The notes under the pieces: model-generated
Seen by the model: the letters and a program-made list of their open reading frames with translations, nothing else
Database searches by the model: none
Told to the model about the DNA's origin: nothing
Source: Octopus bimaculoides
Lineage: Eukaryota
Length of the DNA stretch: 64,000 bases
Assembly (NCBI RefSeq): GCF_001194135.2
Contig: NC_068989.1
Location: forward strand, 95,992,462-96,056,461
Reading direction: 5' to 3'
Position numbers and translations under genes: made by a program
In this document: piece by piece, positions 50,755 through 64,000 of the stretch
How positions within the stretch are numbered: the first letter of the stretch is position 1
Layout of the letters: the number at the start of each line of letters is the position of its first letter

Positions 50755-51769
50755 NNNNNNNNNNNNNNNNNNNNNNNNNNNNNNNNNNNNNNNNNNNNNN
50801 NNNNNNNNNNNNNNNNNNNNNNNNNNNNNNNNNNNNNNNNNNNNNNNNNNNNNNNNNNNNNNNNNNNNNNNNNNNNNNNNNNNNNNNNNNNNNNNNNNNN
50901 NNNNNNNNNNNNNNNNNNNNNNNNNNNNNNNNNNNNNNNNNNNNNNNNNNNNNNNNNNNNNNNNNNNNNNNNNNNNNNNNNNNNNNNNNNNNNNNNNNNN
51001 NNNNNNNNNNNNNNNNNNNNNNNNNNNNNNNNNNNNNNNNNNNNNNNNNNNNNNNNNNNNNNNNNNNNNNNNNNNNNNNNNNNNNNNNNNNNNNNNNNNN
51101 NNNNNNNATATATATATATATATATATTTATTTATTTATTTATGTGTTTCAGCCAAGTGGCTGCGGTCATATAAATAAATGTGTGTGTATATATATATTC
51201 AAACACATGCATATCATCATCATCACCATTTAACTAATGTTGATGATACAAAGCTCTAGAATCAATTTATGTGCATATGTATATATACAAATGTATAAAA
51301 ATATATATACATGTATAAATCTAAATATATAAAAATATACGTGTATGCAAATGTGTGTGTGTGTGTGTGTGTGTTTAGCCTTTTGTATCTCTCACTTCAC
51401 ATGAATACGCTGTAGAAAGCATCTCTTAGAAACATAAAGTGCTAAAAGACCTCAAAAGTCTGTCAGAAGCAAACAAAAAGCATCCATCAGTGGCCAGTGG
51501 AATTGGTAAATCCAAATTTCTGCTTCTCTGAGCATCATCAGTAGCAGCTACATGCTTAGGTAAACTTAGCCTTTACTGATATTGAAAAACAGTGATTGAC
51601 AAACCTCTGGTGTCAGAAATAGCCAACAGGATTGGTAAGGATTTGTTTTTAGTGATGGAAGCAGTTTTTGTTCAAAATAAGTCTGTGTATGATTCTTAAT
51701 TTGGAGGAAATGGATAGAAAATGCTAGAATCAGTGTACTTGCTAAGAAAATCCTGCATTTACTTGCTGC

Positions 51770-51806
<37 letters not shown>

Positions 51807-52633
51807 TCTTTCACTCTTGTCCACTCTCTCTTCCTACTTTCTTTCTCCTTCTCTCTCTTTCTCTAATGCCGTATAATTTGATCCGATTACTCCCATGTTA
51901 GAAAGCTGTGACCATTTATATTCAACATGTTTGTGCCCAATGAAAAGTGGGAAGACCAGTGTGGAAACTGCGTTGGCAGAGAAATTCTCCTTGTGTAGGT
52001 TGTGTGTGTGAAAACACAATGAGTGAGAGACACTAAACCCGTTATTCATAACTCATCGAGAACCGTCATCCTTACATTAGAACAGCAAATAGAAAACTTG
52101 CTGATTTGCTGTGCCTCTAATTAATTAATACCAGTAATATATTTGTATCCATTCTGTTGACTAGGCTTCTTCTCCACATCAAGATGGTTTGATACAGTGT
52201 TTGCTGATGAAGTTCTTGCTAAAACATGGCACATGGCTTTCATTCCCTATTAAAGAGAGATGCCTTGGATTTCCAGCAAGACTGGTACTCTCTCATTGTG
52301 GCAGAAGATTGGTTTGGAACTCAAACAACTGAGGCAACGGGTATGGAAATTGAAATGAACTCAAAATGGTTGCAAATGGACGTCTTCTGTTAGCAAAGGT
52401 TACCTCAGTTCTCAGTTCACCTCACAAGTGAGTGCAACATTCTAGTGGCCCTCAAATTTCCACACATGATAGAGAAGGCTTATCCAAAGTTGTGATGATT
52501 TAAGTTACCAATAGAGGAAGGGCTTGAAATATCTCAAAGTAACTCCTGCAGTCTCTGATGTTTATATAAACTATTAGCTTCTCTAATGCCTCAGTTATCA
52601 ATATATATATAATGACGATGATATATATATATA

Positions 52634-53014
52634 TAGCTGTGTGGTAAGTAGCTTGCTTACCAACCACATGGTTCCGGGTTCAGTCCCACTGCATGACACC
52701 TTGGACAAGTGTCTTCTACTATAGCCTCAGGCCGACCAAAGCCTTGTGAGTAGATTTGGTAGACAGAAACTGAAAGAAGCCCGTCGTATATATGTATATG
52801 TATGTACATGTGTGTTTGTGTGTCTGTGTTTGTCCTCCCAACATCGCTTGACAACCGATGCTGGTGTGTTTATGTCTCCGTAACTTGGTGGTTCGGCAAA
52901 AGAGACCGATAGAATAAGTACCAGGCTTACAAAGAATAAGTCCTGGGGGCAAATTCCTCGATAAAGGTGGTGCTCCAGCATGACCGCAGTCAAGTGACTG
53001 AAACACGTAAAAGA

Positions 53015-53015
<1 letters not shown>
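52634..53015 (+). mobile_element. full-length, well-preserved tRNA-derived SINE
   Basis: Head tagctgtgtggtaag..gggttcagtccc, core ccttgtgagtagatttggtagacagaaactg, microsatellite, and 3' module ending gactgaaacacgtaaaagag. Confidence 0.9.
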
Positions 53016-53079
<64 letters not shown>

Positions 53080-53084
<5 letters not shown>

Positions 53085-53170
53085 GTTGGTCAACATAATG
53101 GAAACACCTAGCATCAGGACATCATAATTTTGAAATATCTATAAAACTGTCAAAAGCTTGTTTATTTTTG
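53080..53170 (+). mobile_element. possible Tc1-like terminal fragment
   Basis: CAGAGGTTGGTCAACATAATGGAAACACCT next to a microsatellite resembles Tc1 TIRs; no partner TIR seen. Confidence 0.35.
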
Positions 53171-55844
53171 TATCTTCTATATCGTCCAGGCTGACCACTT
53201 CCCTCAAGTGAATTTGGTTGATAGAAACAGTGCAGAAACCTGTCATGTATATTATCCTTCTCCTCATCATCATTTAATGCTTGCATAGATCAGATGAAAT
53301 TTGTTGCGATGTATTTTCTATAGCTGGATCCTCTTCCAGTTTCTAACCTTCCTCTGTTTCCTAGCAAGGTAATATTTCCCTATGGCTAGAAATGATTTTC
53401 ATGGAAGACTGGAAACAAGCCACACTGCTTGCATGACATTCTATGGCGTCAAGACTAAGGTACACACAGACATTTACAGACACATACATTCATGTATATC
53501 CTCATACATGCACACATACACACACGCACACACAACATTGTTTCTTTCTGTTTTTGTCTACCAAATCCAATCACAAGGCTTTGGCCTGAGGTTATAATTG
53601 AAGACACTTGTCCTTGTGCCAAACTGTGGGTCTGAACTCAAGACCACATGGTTGAGAAGCAAGCCCCTTAACCACACAATGGTGCTGGGGCCTTTGTGTT
53701 TGTCTCTCAGCAATTGACAGCTGGCACTGGTTTGTTTACGTCCCCATGATTGAGTGGTACACCTAGAAAGAGACTAATACAGGAAGTGCTAGGCTTAAAC
53801 CCCAAATACTGGAGTCAGCCTGACCGACTAAACCCAAAGCATGCTCCAGCATGAGCAAAGTCCTGTAACCAAAGCAAGTTTAAAAAAAGAAAAATGAGTA
53901 TGCATAATTTATTCAAATGCCAATGATGTTGCAGCAATAGCCAGATATTAGAATTGTTTGCCTGCAGTCATGTTATGATTGCAACATAAAGAATCCTTAG
54001 AACTCATCCAAGCTTTAAATGTTATTGTTTCCTTCCCATAAGAGCAAATTATTTCAAACATGAAGAATTATTAACAATAGGCATCATAGAGTTAAAATAA
54101 ATAATACATATCACTTTCTAAGTGAATGGTGTGTATCGTTAATGTAGTGAGCGATGGAGAGACTTTGGAAAGTAAAATATTTAAAAATTATCAAAGATTA
54201 TTTAATTACAATAAAGATAGAAATATTTACTCCATGGAATAATGTTAGAATAAATAAAATCAATTGTCTGGTTTTTCCAGATCAGATCTAACCATCAACT
54301 GGGATAATTTTATTGACATTTTTAGTTGGGGAATTAGGAAATGAATGCAGTTGTGACATTCATGCCTTTTTCATGAGTTAATGAGCTGAAAATAACTACA
54401 ACTTACAGTTATAAATAGACACCAGACCTTAGTTCAGCAAGTGATTGCTGTTTGATCCAAAGATTGTCTTGGAACTCCAGAATATTCCACCCGAAGTGTT
54501 AGGTTTTTTCTTTTCTCTCTTAGCAAAATAATTTATTTCATTTTAAGGAGTTTTGTATTTACTTATGGCACACACAGAGCCTTATTTATCGTCTTGGATT
54601 CAATCAGTAAATTACATGTGTATCATGTGTTTTCTTCTTTTTTTTTTTAATGCTATTCTGCACAACATGATATGTCTATAAGTTTGGTATTAGGAAGTGC
54701 ATGATCAGTAGAAACGATGCCAAAGCAGAGAGTGGGACTTGGCTGTCCTCTGAATCACTGGCTTCTCTTGAACAATCAAACCCATGTAAAACAGACGTGA
54801 AATGATGATGGTGATGATGATGTCTACCCCAACACTGTGTAATTGACAAACAAACACTTTGTCTTTATATGCAATACCTTTGCAAACAGATAAAGAGAAA
54901 TGATCAACTGAACTGGTTTCCGTCCTATGCTGGGATATCACCAGTTGCAAAACGCTTTCATTATCTGTCATCAGCATATTGCTTATAAACCCACTATTAC
55001 GAAAGGCTTATACAAATCAAAGAGACCAATTTGCTTATTATAATGCATTCTTGATAGTTCGTTTGACTAATGAATTGGATGATTTTCATGTCGATTTGAC
55101 AGGTGTGTGTTCAGCAAAACACAGGGATTTAGTTTGCTGAACAACCCTCACAATGAGTAATTATTGTGTTGTGGGTATAATTTTTGCCAATCCAGTCCCA
55201 CTCTCATGTCCTTCCAACTTGTATTGTTTGGTGCAACAGGTACCATGGGTCCAGCAGTTATCAGGGGGCAGGCTTTGTATGGAGTCACCTTTTCCTGGAT
55301 GTGCAACACTGAGTTGATGGGGTTGTCTTCTGGAATAACCTTCTTCTGGATGCATTTCTGTGATATGTTTATTAACCTATGACTGGGATCCCGACAGGAG
55401 TTGCTACTCTAGGTCAGAGTAGATGTGGGAGCAATAGTAGGGAAGAGTTTGGTTCCTCAAGACCTTCAAACTTTCAAACAGGGCCCCACTATTGGATTAA
55501 GTCTAAACCCCATATTCAAGAATTAAAATAATTATGTGTTAACAGTATTTCATTTTAATGTTCTTCTAATCTACAGAATATAACCATAGGTTTTAACTAA
55601 TAGGGTAAGATGTAAATACCTTGTTTTACTGCACAGGATCAGAACAAAAACAGAGATCAGCTTCACTAGTTTCAATATTATATTGATGCTGGCATAGCTG
55701 TAGAGTTTAAAAGTTTGCTTCCCAGTTATGTGGTTTCATGTTCAGTCCTACTATGTGGTGCCTTTAGCAAGGACTCTCTACTATAGGCCCAGATTGACCG
55801 AAGCCTTGTGAGTGGATTTGATTGATGGAAACTGAAAGGAGCCT

Positions 55845-55890
<46 letters not shown>

Positions 55891-55999
55891 TACAATATGT
55901 GCAGGTTTAGTTCACAGGTGATCTAAACAATTAGGTATGCTAGGTGGGTGCTGTAATGGATTACTAGTGCTCCAAGGTTATGGGTGAGCACTCTCTCTC

Positions 56000-56044
<45 letters not shown>

Positions 56045-57481
56045 GTTACGTATATTTGTCTTGCCATGACATCAAGAGTTTGTTATAAATGAACATCCCT
56101 AAACAAAGTCCTTCATTTTCTTAGTCTTCTGTGGAAACATGTCTAGCCTTGAGGAAATACTATTTTGCTTGGAACTTGAGGGGAATTTGTAACACAAAGG
56201 ACATCCAGCCTTAGAAAACCTGCTTCAACAAACCCTGTCTGACTCATACTTGCAGAAGCCAGGGAATAAACATTAAGACAACAGCAACAATAATAACGTT
56301 ATGTCATACCATTGTTTCACTTGAGTATTCTTTCAGTAAAACTTAGTCCATTAAGTTATATACTTAAAAGTCTTTTTGTTGTATTTTTAGTCATTTCACG
56401 TTTGGTTTGCCATGTTACCTTCAGTAAGTCGGTGCTGCCAAATGAAGGGTTTGTTTCCTTAAATTCTTCAAACAGGATCTTTCCATGCTTATATCTCTAT
56501 CAGACATGATTTCTGACCAAATAGCTTTGTTCCTTCAGTTACATCAGCTTGGTTTATAGCATCTTGATAATAATATCAGTATTATTATATCCATGTATTT
56601 GTAGCCACTATACAATTGACTGTCACTGAAAATATAATTCATTATGAAGGTAATTAAATTTATTTATAACTGTACTAGTAAATGAAAAATGTAGCATTCT
56701 TGATCTCTTCTGCTGATGAGGTTCAGTCTTTTCCCTAAATTCATTGTGGTGTGTCCAGAGGCAGTTTTACATATTATATTTATCCAGACTGCAGAACTTT
56801 CAAATGTAAACTCACAGCTTTGGCATTTAAACTATGTCAATGTGGTGGAGTATATATAAAAAAATGGTACTTTTCTTCTCTAATTGTTAAAAAAAAAAAT
56901 ATTCATTTTAATCATTGCTTTAATTAACCTTTAATCATTTCACAAATTACAATTCTTTTCTTTAGTGGGTATGTATGTCAGTTTCCTAATGTTAGATCTA
57001 CTTGCAAAAATTTTGCTTCCCAACAATGAGATTTGGGGTTCATTCCCACTGCACAATACCTTGGGCAGATGTCTCCTACTAAAGCATCAGGCCAACCAAC
57101 ACCATGTGAGTGGCATTTGGTCACTCTCATGTAAAGACTGTTGCTACTAATGTGTTAATAATCCACTGAATGATCACTCTACACCTCACCCTACATGTGT
57201 CGCCGCCAATGAAACGGACTGATTTCTCTGCATACAGAATACCTCAGTATGCCATCAAAATAGGCACAGCTTGTTGCCAACATCTTGTCCAAGCACATGG
57301 GTCTTAGAAGAAAGAGCTGGTGTTGCTTCCACAGCATTAACAGCAGATGACCTGATGTGAGTAACAGAGGCCTGACATCAACCAGTCATTTTGAATTTGT
57401 CTCACTTCCCTTGTTGGGTCAAACCTAGGCAGCCACAAAATCTGTAAGTCACATAATACAGAGTCAGACTGTTATTGTCAA

Positions 57482-57532
<51 letters not shown>

Positions 57533-57562
57533 GTATATAGGCACATGCATGAGTGTGTGGAT

Positions 57563-57724
57563 AGGTGCAGGCATGGCTGTGACGTATGAAACTTGCTTCC
57601 CAATCTCATGGTTCCAGGTTCAGCCCCACTGCATGACACCTTGGGCAAGTGTCTTCTACTACAGTCTCAGGCTAACCATAACCTCATGAATGGATTTAAT
57701 TGATAGAAACTGAAAGAAGCCCAT

Positions 57725-57770
<46 letters not shown>

Positions 57771-57890
57771 TGTTCCCCACCAATACTTAACAACCGGTAT
57801 TGGTGTGTTTCCATTTCCAGAACTTAGTGGTTTGACAAAAGAAACTGATAGAGACCAATAGAATAAGTATCAAGCTTAAAAAATAATAAG
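57563..57890 (+). mobile_element. tRNA-derived SINE, near full length
   Basis: Homologous to 52634-53015. Confidence 0.8.
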
Positions 57891-57989
57891 TAGTGTGCCT
57901 GCAGAGTTTAAAAGATATCTCTGTGTCTATGTGTGTTTGTGTGTATATAGGCATGTATGTACATATGTGTATATCTATCTATCTATTTA

Positions 57990-58265
57990 TCATCATCATC
58001 ATCATCATCATTTAACATCTGTTGTCCATGCTGGCATAGGCTGGACAGTTTGACCAGAGCTGGGAAGCTGCATCAGACTCCAGTCTGATTTAGCATGGTT
58101 TCTATGGCTGGATGCCCTTCCTAACCACTTTACAGTGCTGGGTGTGTTTTTACTCGGCACTGCATGGAAGATTTTCAGTGGTGTCACACAGGTTCTTTTA
58201 CATGGCACCACATGGGCGCTTTTATGTAGCACCACACAGGCACTTCTATGTGACACTGCATGGCG
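57990..58265 (-). mobile_element. RTE-type 3' UTR/tail
   Basis: (CAT)n ttaacatctgttgtccatgctggcatagg...ggatgcccttcctaacc. Confidence 0.8.
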
Positions 58266-58299
58266 ACTCCCCCTCTCATTCTTCGCCTCTACCTGTCAC

Positions 58300-58860
58300 T
58301 ACTTCTCTCTCTCTCTCTATCTCTTGTTACTCATCCTTCGCCTCTCACCGTTGCTACTACTATCTCTCTCTCTCAACTACCTCTCGTTGCTCACTTTTAT
58401 TCTACTTCCTCCCCTCCTTTTCCCTCTGCTACTCTTTCTCTTCACACAGCCTTGGTCACGTGTGTCCGGCTGCTATTTCTTTTCGTTCTTGGAATCACCA
58501 AGCTCGCACATACTTCTTTGCCCCTCTTGTACGTGCTTCACAGCGTTCAAGACATACACACTTCACGTCTGGCTGTACAGCCCTTTGTTTGTTTATTTCA
58601 CCGTTTCGTTTTCCTGTCTTGTTTTCCGTCCGCCACGACCCTCCACGAAAACAATTTAATTTGTGTTCGTGAGAAGAACCATTTTAACGATGCGTACTGC
58701 CTTAATTCTTCGAAACGCCGGAGTTTTAATGGTGGCAGCTGATGAAGGGGATGTTTCGATGTGGCCTGCTTGTTTGTTGCACCTTGTTTACCATTTTGTC
58801 CTTGTTCTTTTGCCACGTCATGTACCCAGTTATGTATCTAAATGTACATGTAGATGAACG
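58300..58860 (+). mobile_element. CpG-retaining pyrimidine-rich element of unknown class, with GAAAC and CTGATGA motifs
   Basis: More CpG than the surrounding DNA; same layout as family B (pyrimidine tract, ribozyme-like motif, TA-rich end). Confidence 0.4.
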
Positions 58861-58902
58861 TATATACATACATGTACATATATATGCATATACTCATATA
58901 TT

Positions 58903-58939
<37 letters not shown>

Positions 58940-59608
58940 ACAGGTCACTTTGAGTTTNNNNNNNNNNNNNNNNNNNNNNNNNNNNNNNNNNNNNNNNNNN
59001 NNNNNNNNNNNNNNNNNNNNNNNNNNNNNNNNNNNNNNNNNNNNNNNNNNNNNNNNNNNNNNNNNNNNNNNNNNNNNNNNNNNNNNNNNNNNNNNNNNNN
59101 NNNNNNNNNNNNNNNNNNNNNNNNNNNNNNNNNNNNNNNNNNNNNNNNNNNNNNNNNNNNNNNNNNNNNNNNNNNNNNNNNNNNNNNNNNNNNNNNNNNN
59201 NNNNNNNNNNNNNNNNNNNNNNNNNNNNNNNNNNNNNNNNNNNNNNNNNNNNNNNNNNNNNNNACACTTCACGTCTGGCTGTACAGCCCTTTGTTTGTTT
59301 ATTTCACCGTTTCGTTTTCCTGTCTTGTTTTCCGTCCGCCACGACCCTCCACGAAAACAATTTAATTTGTGTTCGTGAGAAGAACCATTTTAACGATGCG
59401 TACTGCCTTAATTCTTCGAAACGCCGGAGTTTTAATGGTGGCAGCTGATGAAGGGGATGTTTCGATGTGGCCTGCTTGTTTGTTGCACCTTGTTTACCAT
59501 TTTGTCCTTGTTCTTTTGCCACGTCATGTACCCAGTTATGTATCTAAATGTACATGTAGATGAACGTATATACATACATGTACATATATATGCATATACT
59601 CATATATT

Positions 59609-59645
<37 letters not shown>

Positions 59646-59663
59646 ACAGGTCACTTTGAGTTT
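58558..59663. repeat. exact 400-bp direct duplication flanking an N-gap (probable assembly artefact)
   Basis: 58558-58957 equals 59264-59663, constant offset 706 across the (TA)n run; gap at 58958-59263. Confidence 0.85.
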
Positions 59664-60639
59664 CTGTCCATCAAATCAACTCACAAATCTTTTGTTAACC
59701 TAGGACTATAGTAGAAGGCACTACCCGAGGTGTAACAGTGTTTTTGAACCCAACACCACATGGTTAGTAAGCAAGCTTCTTAGCCACACTGCCACATTTG
59801 TACCTATTATATATATATGTGTGTATGTGTGTTCAACAGGTGTTTTCCAGTTTGTCTTCCAAACCCATTCACAAGGCTTTAGGAGAAACTTGTCCAAGGT
59901 GTCATACACTAGGACCAAATCTGAAACTATATCGGTGTGAAATGAACTTCTTAACCACACGGTCATGCTTGTACCTTTCTTGGAAATAATTGTTCGATGT
60001 TTGATCATTGACTTTGAACTCTGCTATTTGCCAAGAAGTTAATGTTTCATCCTTCAACAAGTTGAATCTGTTTCTGAGTTGTTCAAGTAAAACAGTTTTG
60101 TTATGTATATGTTCATAGCCAAAGCCTTTTTAAACATTAATTTTGCCTGCAGATAAAATGCTTTTCTGATCACATTGCTAGCAGACCATGAACATCAATC
60201 TCTTGTGATGATGCAATTTCATACAAGCTTTCTTATTCTGTGTTTAACAGTTGAGTAGTTATCATAATAGACTCGATATTTGCCTTTCAGCTATCTATAG
60301 ATGTGTGTCCTAATGAGCCACATCATTTTGCTCGGCTTTCTTAAAAGATATCACCCATATTGTCGATCATTTCCTTTTATCTGCTTCTATAGTTTCTCTA
60401 CACTTAAGGTGGAAAGTTCTATTATCGACTTGTGTTACTTTTATTTAGTTTTAACAGCCAAGATATTGTTGTATAGCAACAGGGAAAGAACTTCCATGCA
60501 AAAAGGTTTGCAGCCAACTGAATATTACATTTGCTCTCAATTCCATGACTGGGCTTTTGTAAAGAAGCAGGCATTTGAGTTTTGACTTTAACAGATTTTA
60601 GCCAGAGGTTGCTGTCAGGCTGGAGCACTATCTGTAGAG

Positions 60640-61540
60640 TAATTGATTTTTATTTCACATTCACTTCCCAGCTTTCTCTCTCTCGAACTGTTTCTTAGGA
60701 AGTAACAAGCTGGAGAGAGCTGCTCTTCGTTGTATTTCCTGCCAAGTAAAGCTTAATCCAAAAATGTATCCAAATATTCTTTGAAAACATCTTTATCTAC
60801 ACCTCGCAGATCTCTCAGGCTGTTTGACAAAATATTGAAAACTTGTTGGGCCTTAAAGCTGGTCCTTGCTCTAGATGGAGGTGATGGCATTTTTGGTATT
60901 ATGCTGTGGCATCCAGTTCAGTGATTGGTGTAGCTTTCAATCCGAAAGTTGGCTGCTAGACCTTCCAGGATCTTCCACTTGTGTATCACTGTATATAGTT
61001 CACACCTTCTCTCTAGGGAGTAGAGCTTCAGTTCCTTTAGCCTTTCCTCATAACTCATCTGTTGTACAAGTCAATCTGTTTTGCATTGATGATCCTGTTT
61101 ATTTCACTATTGTGGGCCAATACTAGAGTGCTCATAATTTTTTCAGCATTGAAATGTATGTTATTTCCATCAGCCCTCTTGTACATTCACTTGTAGATCA
61201 CATCATGTCATCAGGTTCCTTGACTACTTGCAATACTTTCGTGTCATCATCATAGCTGGTGAGACTGGCTGACTGAGAGAACTGCCACAAACAGTAGTAG
61301 TCTCAGTACAGTTCCCTGAGGGACTCCGCAGAGATTTAATATCTCTCCAGAGAGAGAGAGAGAGAGCACCATTGGCTGCATCTGTTTGACATCTTTTGAA
61401 AAGTCATTCCCTTAGTTTATCAACAATACCAAGACCATGCAGCAGTTGAAGGGTTTGGTATAGTTGAGACATACCACATTGATGCAAGGCCTCCAAATAG
61501 GAAGACATACTTGACTAATATTTTATAAACACCAGATATA
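60640..61540 (-). mobile_element. CR1/L2-group LINE, RT and C-terminus, degenerate
   Basis: GVPQGTVLRLLLF, SYDDDTKV (YADD decayed) and MSYEERLKELKLYSLERRCELYTVIHKWKILEGL. Confidence 0.85.
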
Positions 61541-64000
61541 TAATAAAAGGTGAAGTTTATTGGTCAGATATGAACACAGAACATAAAGATCTGTAACTAA
61601 ATGGCATGAGGTATTTTGTCTGACAGCAATAATTTTGCTAATCCACTTAAACATGAGGTAAAGCTAATTCCTAATAAGTATAACAAACTGTAATTCCTCA
61701 AAGAAATTGTGTATCTGCTTATACTTCTCAGCTGTTTCTAAAATACTTCTGTCCGTATCAAATGCTAGAATGAAATTGCTTGATTACCATTTACATAGAA
61801 GAAATCATTATCAGTGTAAGAAATCATTTATTATTACTGACATGAGCAAAGCATATTCACTGGAATTTAGTTTGGTACAGCCTTAAAGACAAATAACAGA
61901 GATAAGGGAGAAAAAACAAAATTGAAATGGAAGGAATGATTTCAAATATAATGCAAATGTAGTTCTTGATTTTGGTGACCTTTTGATTGTTCTGATAATA
62001 GAATGTATAAAATAGTAGATGCATCAACATCTTAGGAATACAGTTGGCAAGAAAGCACCATTATTGCCAGTGAAGCATAAGGATTGGTTGGCTATTCAGA
62101 TCTTCATACAAAGGTTGTTGTTTTTTTAAATTTTATTTTTGTATATGTTTTATTTCCTTATTTTTACATTCATATCCAGTAGAGGAAGCACAGTGCCAAT
62201 GTACTGGTGTGGAAGAAGAAGAAAGATATTTTCTGACATACTTGAGTCCTTTCCCTAAATATTTGCCACAAAATGGACTGTTTAAAGGCATCTACAGATC
62301 AGGTTGTGGTGTTAAATCAGATAATGCATTAAGTCTACAACTGAAGAACAGAAATAATTCTTCCAACAATCTTCCATAGAGTTTCCATTTTCTAAATTTC
62401 CCTTACTTTGGTTGATCTGATGCCATGATAGAAGACGTTTGCCCAATGTGACATAGAATGGGCTTGAATCTGATACTAAACAGTTGCAAAGCGAAACCCT
62501 TAATCATATGACCGTGCTTGCACCCAAATTGTTAAATACAAGCATTTTGACATTACAGAATCATTACATTCCTGAAAATCTTACCATTTTATGGCATTCC
62601 ATAATAAAAAAAATTAATTTCTCATTGATTTCCATTTTACATAGAACTGAAGGAAGACAGAAATGAGCTGCAGAATATGTCTCATGCTAAGAATTCTATG
62701 TTGTGAGATTTTCAGGAATACAATGCTTCCATAACACAGTTGGTACTTGTAAAGTGAAACTAGATTTTGTCTTCTGTGGAGAAAACCTTGCATGAAGTTC
62801 TGTGATTTATCAGGAACATATTTTTAAAATAACTTGCAATGTCTTTCTAGGAATGTTGGGAATAGATTGTCATATAAATTGCAAAAGTAACACATCAATG
62901 ATATAGATTATTGCTCCGGTGCAAACCATATTTGCTAACCCAGTATACTTGTAACAAAATTAAGCAGTTAGCATTGGTTTGTGGTCGATGTGTACAGGGC
63001 ATACAGGGTGTACATGGTTGTAATAAAAGTTGTGTGGATTATTGGGAAATATTGCACGTTTTATACAATGAAGATTTTGTTGTTGTTGTTGTTGTTTGCT
63101 GTGAACCAAAATTATTTTTACGTTTAATTTCAAAATCTGAATTGAGTAGGACTTGTTCCCCTTTGTATTCGTGTGTTTATATTTTGTTTTCAATTCAATT
63201 TCAATATTTGAGATTAATTCCTTTTAACTCTGAAATTTATGCAATTTTTTCTTGAGTAGTGGCAGCAGCAACTCGTAATACTAATCAAACTTGTGCAAAA
63301 ACCATTGCTAATAAAATCCACAAAGCAACTTGGATTCATTCAAGAAATTTCCTTCAGTTCTAAGAACCCTTGAAAATAAATGTTTGTCATCAACTAAACA
63401 GAAGCACGGACAATATCCAACGTTCAATTGATTATCTTCATTGATTCTGAAAATTTTAATGAAAGCTAAAACTGCACGCTCCCTCCTCCATAATTTTGGG
63501 GGTTGCCCCCTATCCCTGTTACTCTACCCTACACAATTGTATTTTGTTTCATCTACTTTTGTTTTTATTTCATTGTGCTGTTGGATATTTCTCTCACCCT
63601 GGGTTTGTTTTTTGCATCAACAGATTTCATTACGTCCAACTCGTGACATTTGATTTCTCTTATGGAATCATTCATTCACAATAAACCTTTTATGTTTCTT
63701 TTTAATTAATAATATTTAGTATTTTTAAGGTGTTTTTATTTCTCCCTCATCTAATTCCTTTCTTTCAAACCATCTCTTTTCACCATGTTGTCTACAATGG
63801 AACAAATTGCATTTTTAGCATTGTGTTCGATGCCAAGAGACCATCTATTCTTCCAATGAATGTTTGAATTTATTTCCATATAACTGAAATGTTAATATAT
63901 ATTTAAAACACACATACATTCCGTTGAGCACTCAAAAATATTCGACTTTATATTTCATTAGAACTGGCTGTGCATTCCATATATATATATATATATATAT

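Noticed and set aside
52195-52232. GCTGATGAAGTTCTTGCTAAAACATGG
   Set aside because: G12 is absent, stem II is only 2 bp and there is no NUH triplet.
55140-55440. GC-richer block with short ORFs on both strands
   Set aside because: Probably a decayed repeat, but no motif could be assigned.
58112-58742. Three overlapping 160-186 aa ORFs
   Set aside because: Low-complexity Ser/Leu/Phe translations of a pyrimidine-rich repeat, open in all three frames because of composition.
58558-59663. 400-bp exact duplication that could be read as tandem pseudo-LTRs
   Set aside because: It is identical including (TA)n length and flanks an N-gap, so most likely an assembly artefact. Long reads showing two units would overturn this.
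1-64000. Remaining ORF-track entries, known miRNA seeds, rRNA, CRISPR arrays, telomeric arrays
   Set aside because: The ORFs are microsatellite, N-gap or repeat translations. I saw no match by eye to conserved bilaterian miRNAs, rRNA, spacer-repeat arrays or (TTAGGG)n runs.

Overview
This is AT-rich, microsatellite-dense, non-coding animal DNA with 7 N-gaps. The SINE, RTE and mariner repeat families resemble those of octopus; that assignment is inference from recalled repeats, not a search. No host protein-coding gene could be supported, and nearly all ORF-track entries are microsatellite or antisense-transposon translations. Protein-coding remnants are all transposon-derived: a lightly damaged Penelope-like element (RT + GIY-YIG, 20.8-22.6 kb), a second divergent Penelope-like RT, RTE/CR1/RLE-type LINE fragments, DD37D (maT) elements and a mariner. 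The main signal is a set of hammerhead-ribozyme (HHR) carrying elements. One is a composite tRNA-head/(AAT)n/minimal-HHR element present twice (33.8 and 35.2 kb). Both copies are bracketed by inverted repeats starting at the same base, with the core in opposite orientations relative to the same 3' tail; one has a clear 14-bp target-site duplication and the other a 6-7 bp candidate. There is also a second HHR family with a U at core position 6 (35.9 and 38.2 kb), a degenerate HHR in the Penelope 3' end, and further candidates. Together they suggest a Penelope-mobilised ribozyme-SINE system with a fixed-site twin-priming or dimer insertion mechanism. This model is inference and needs testing.
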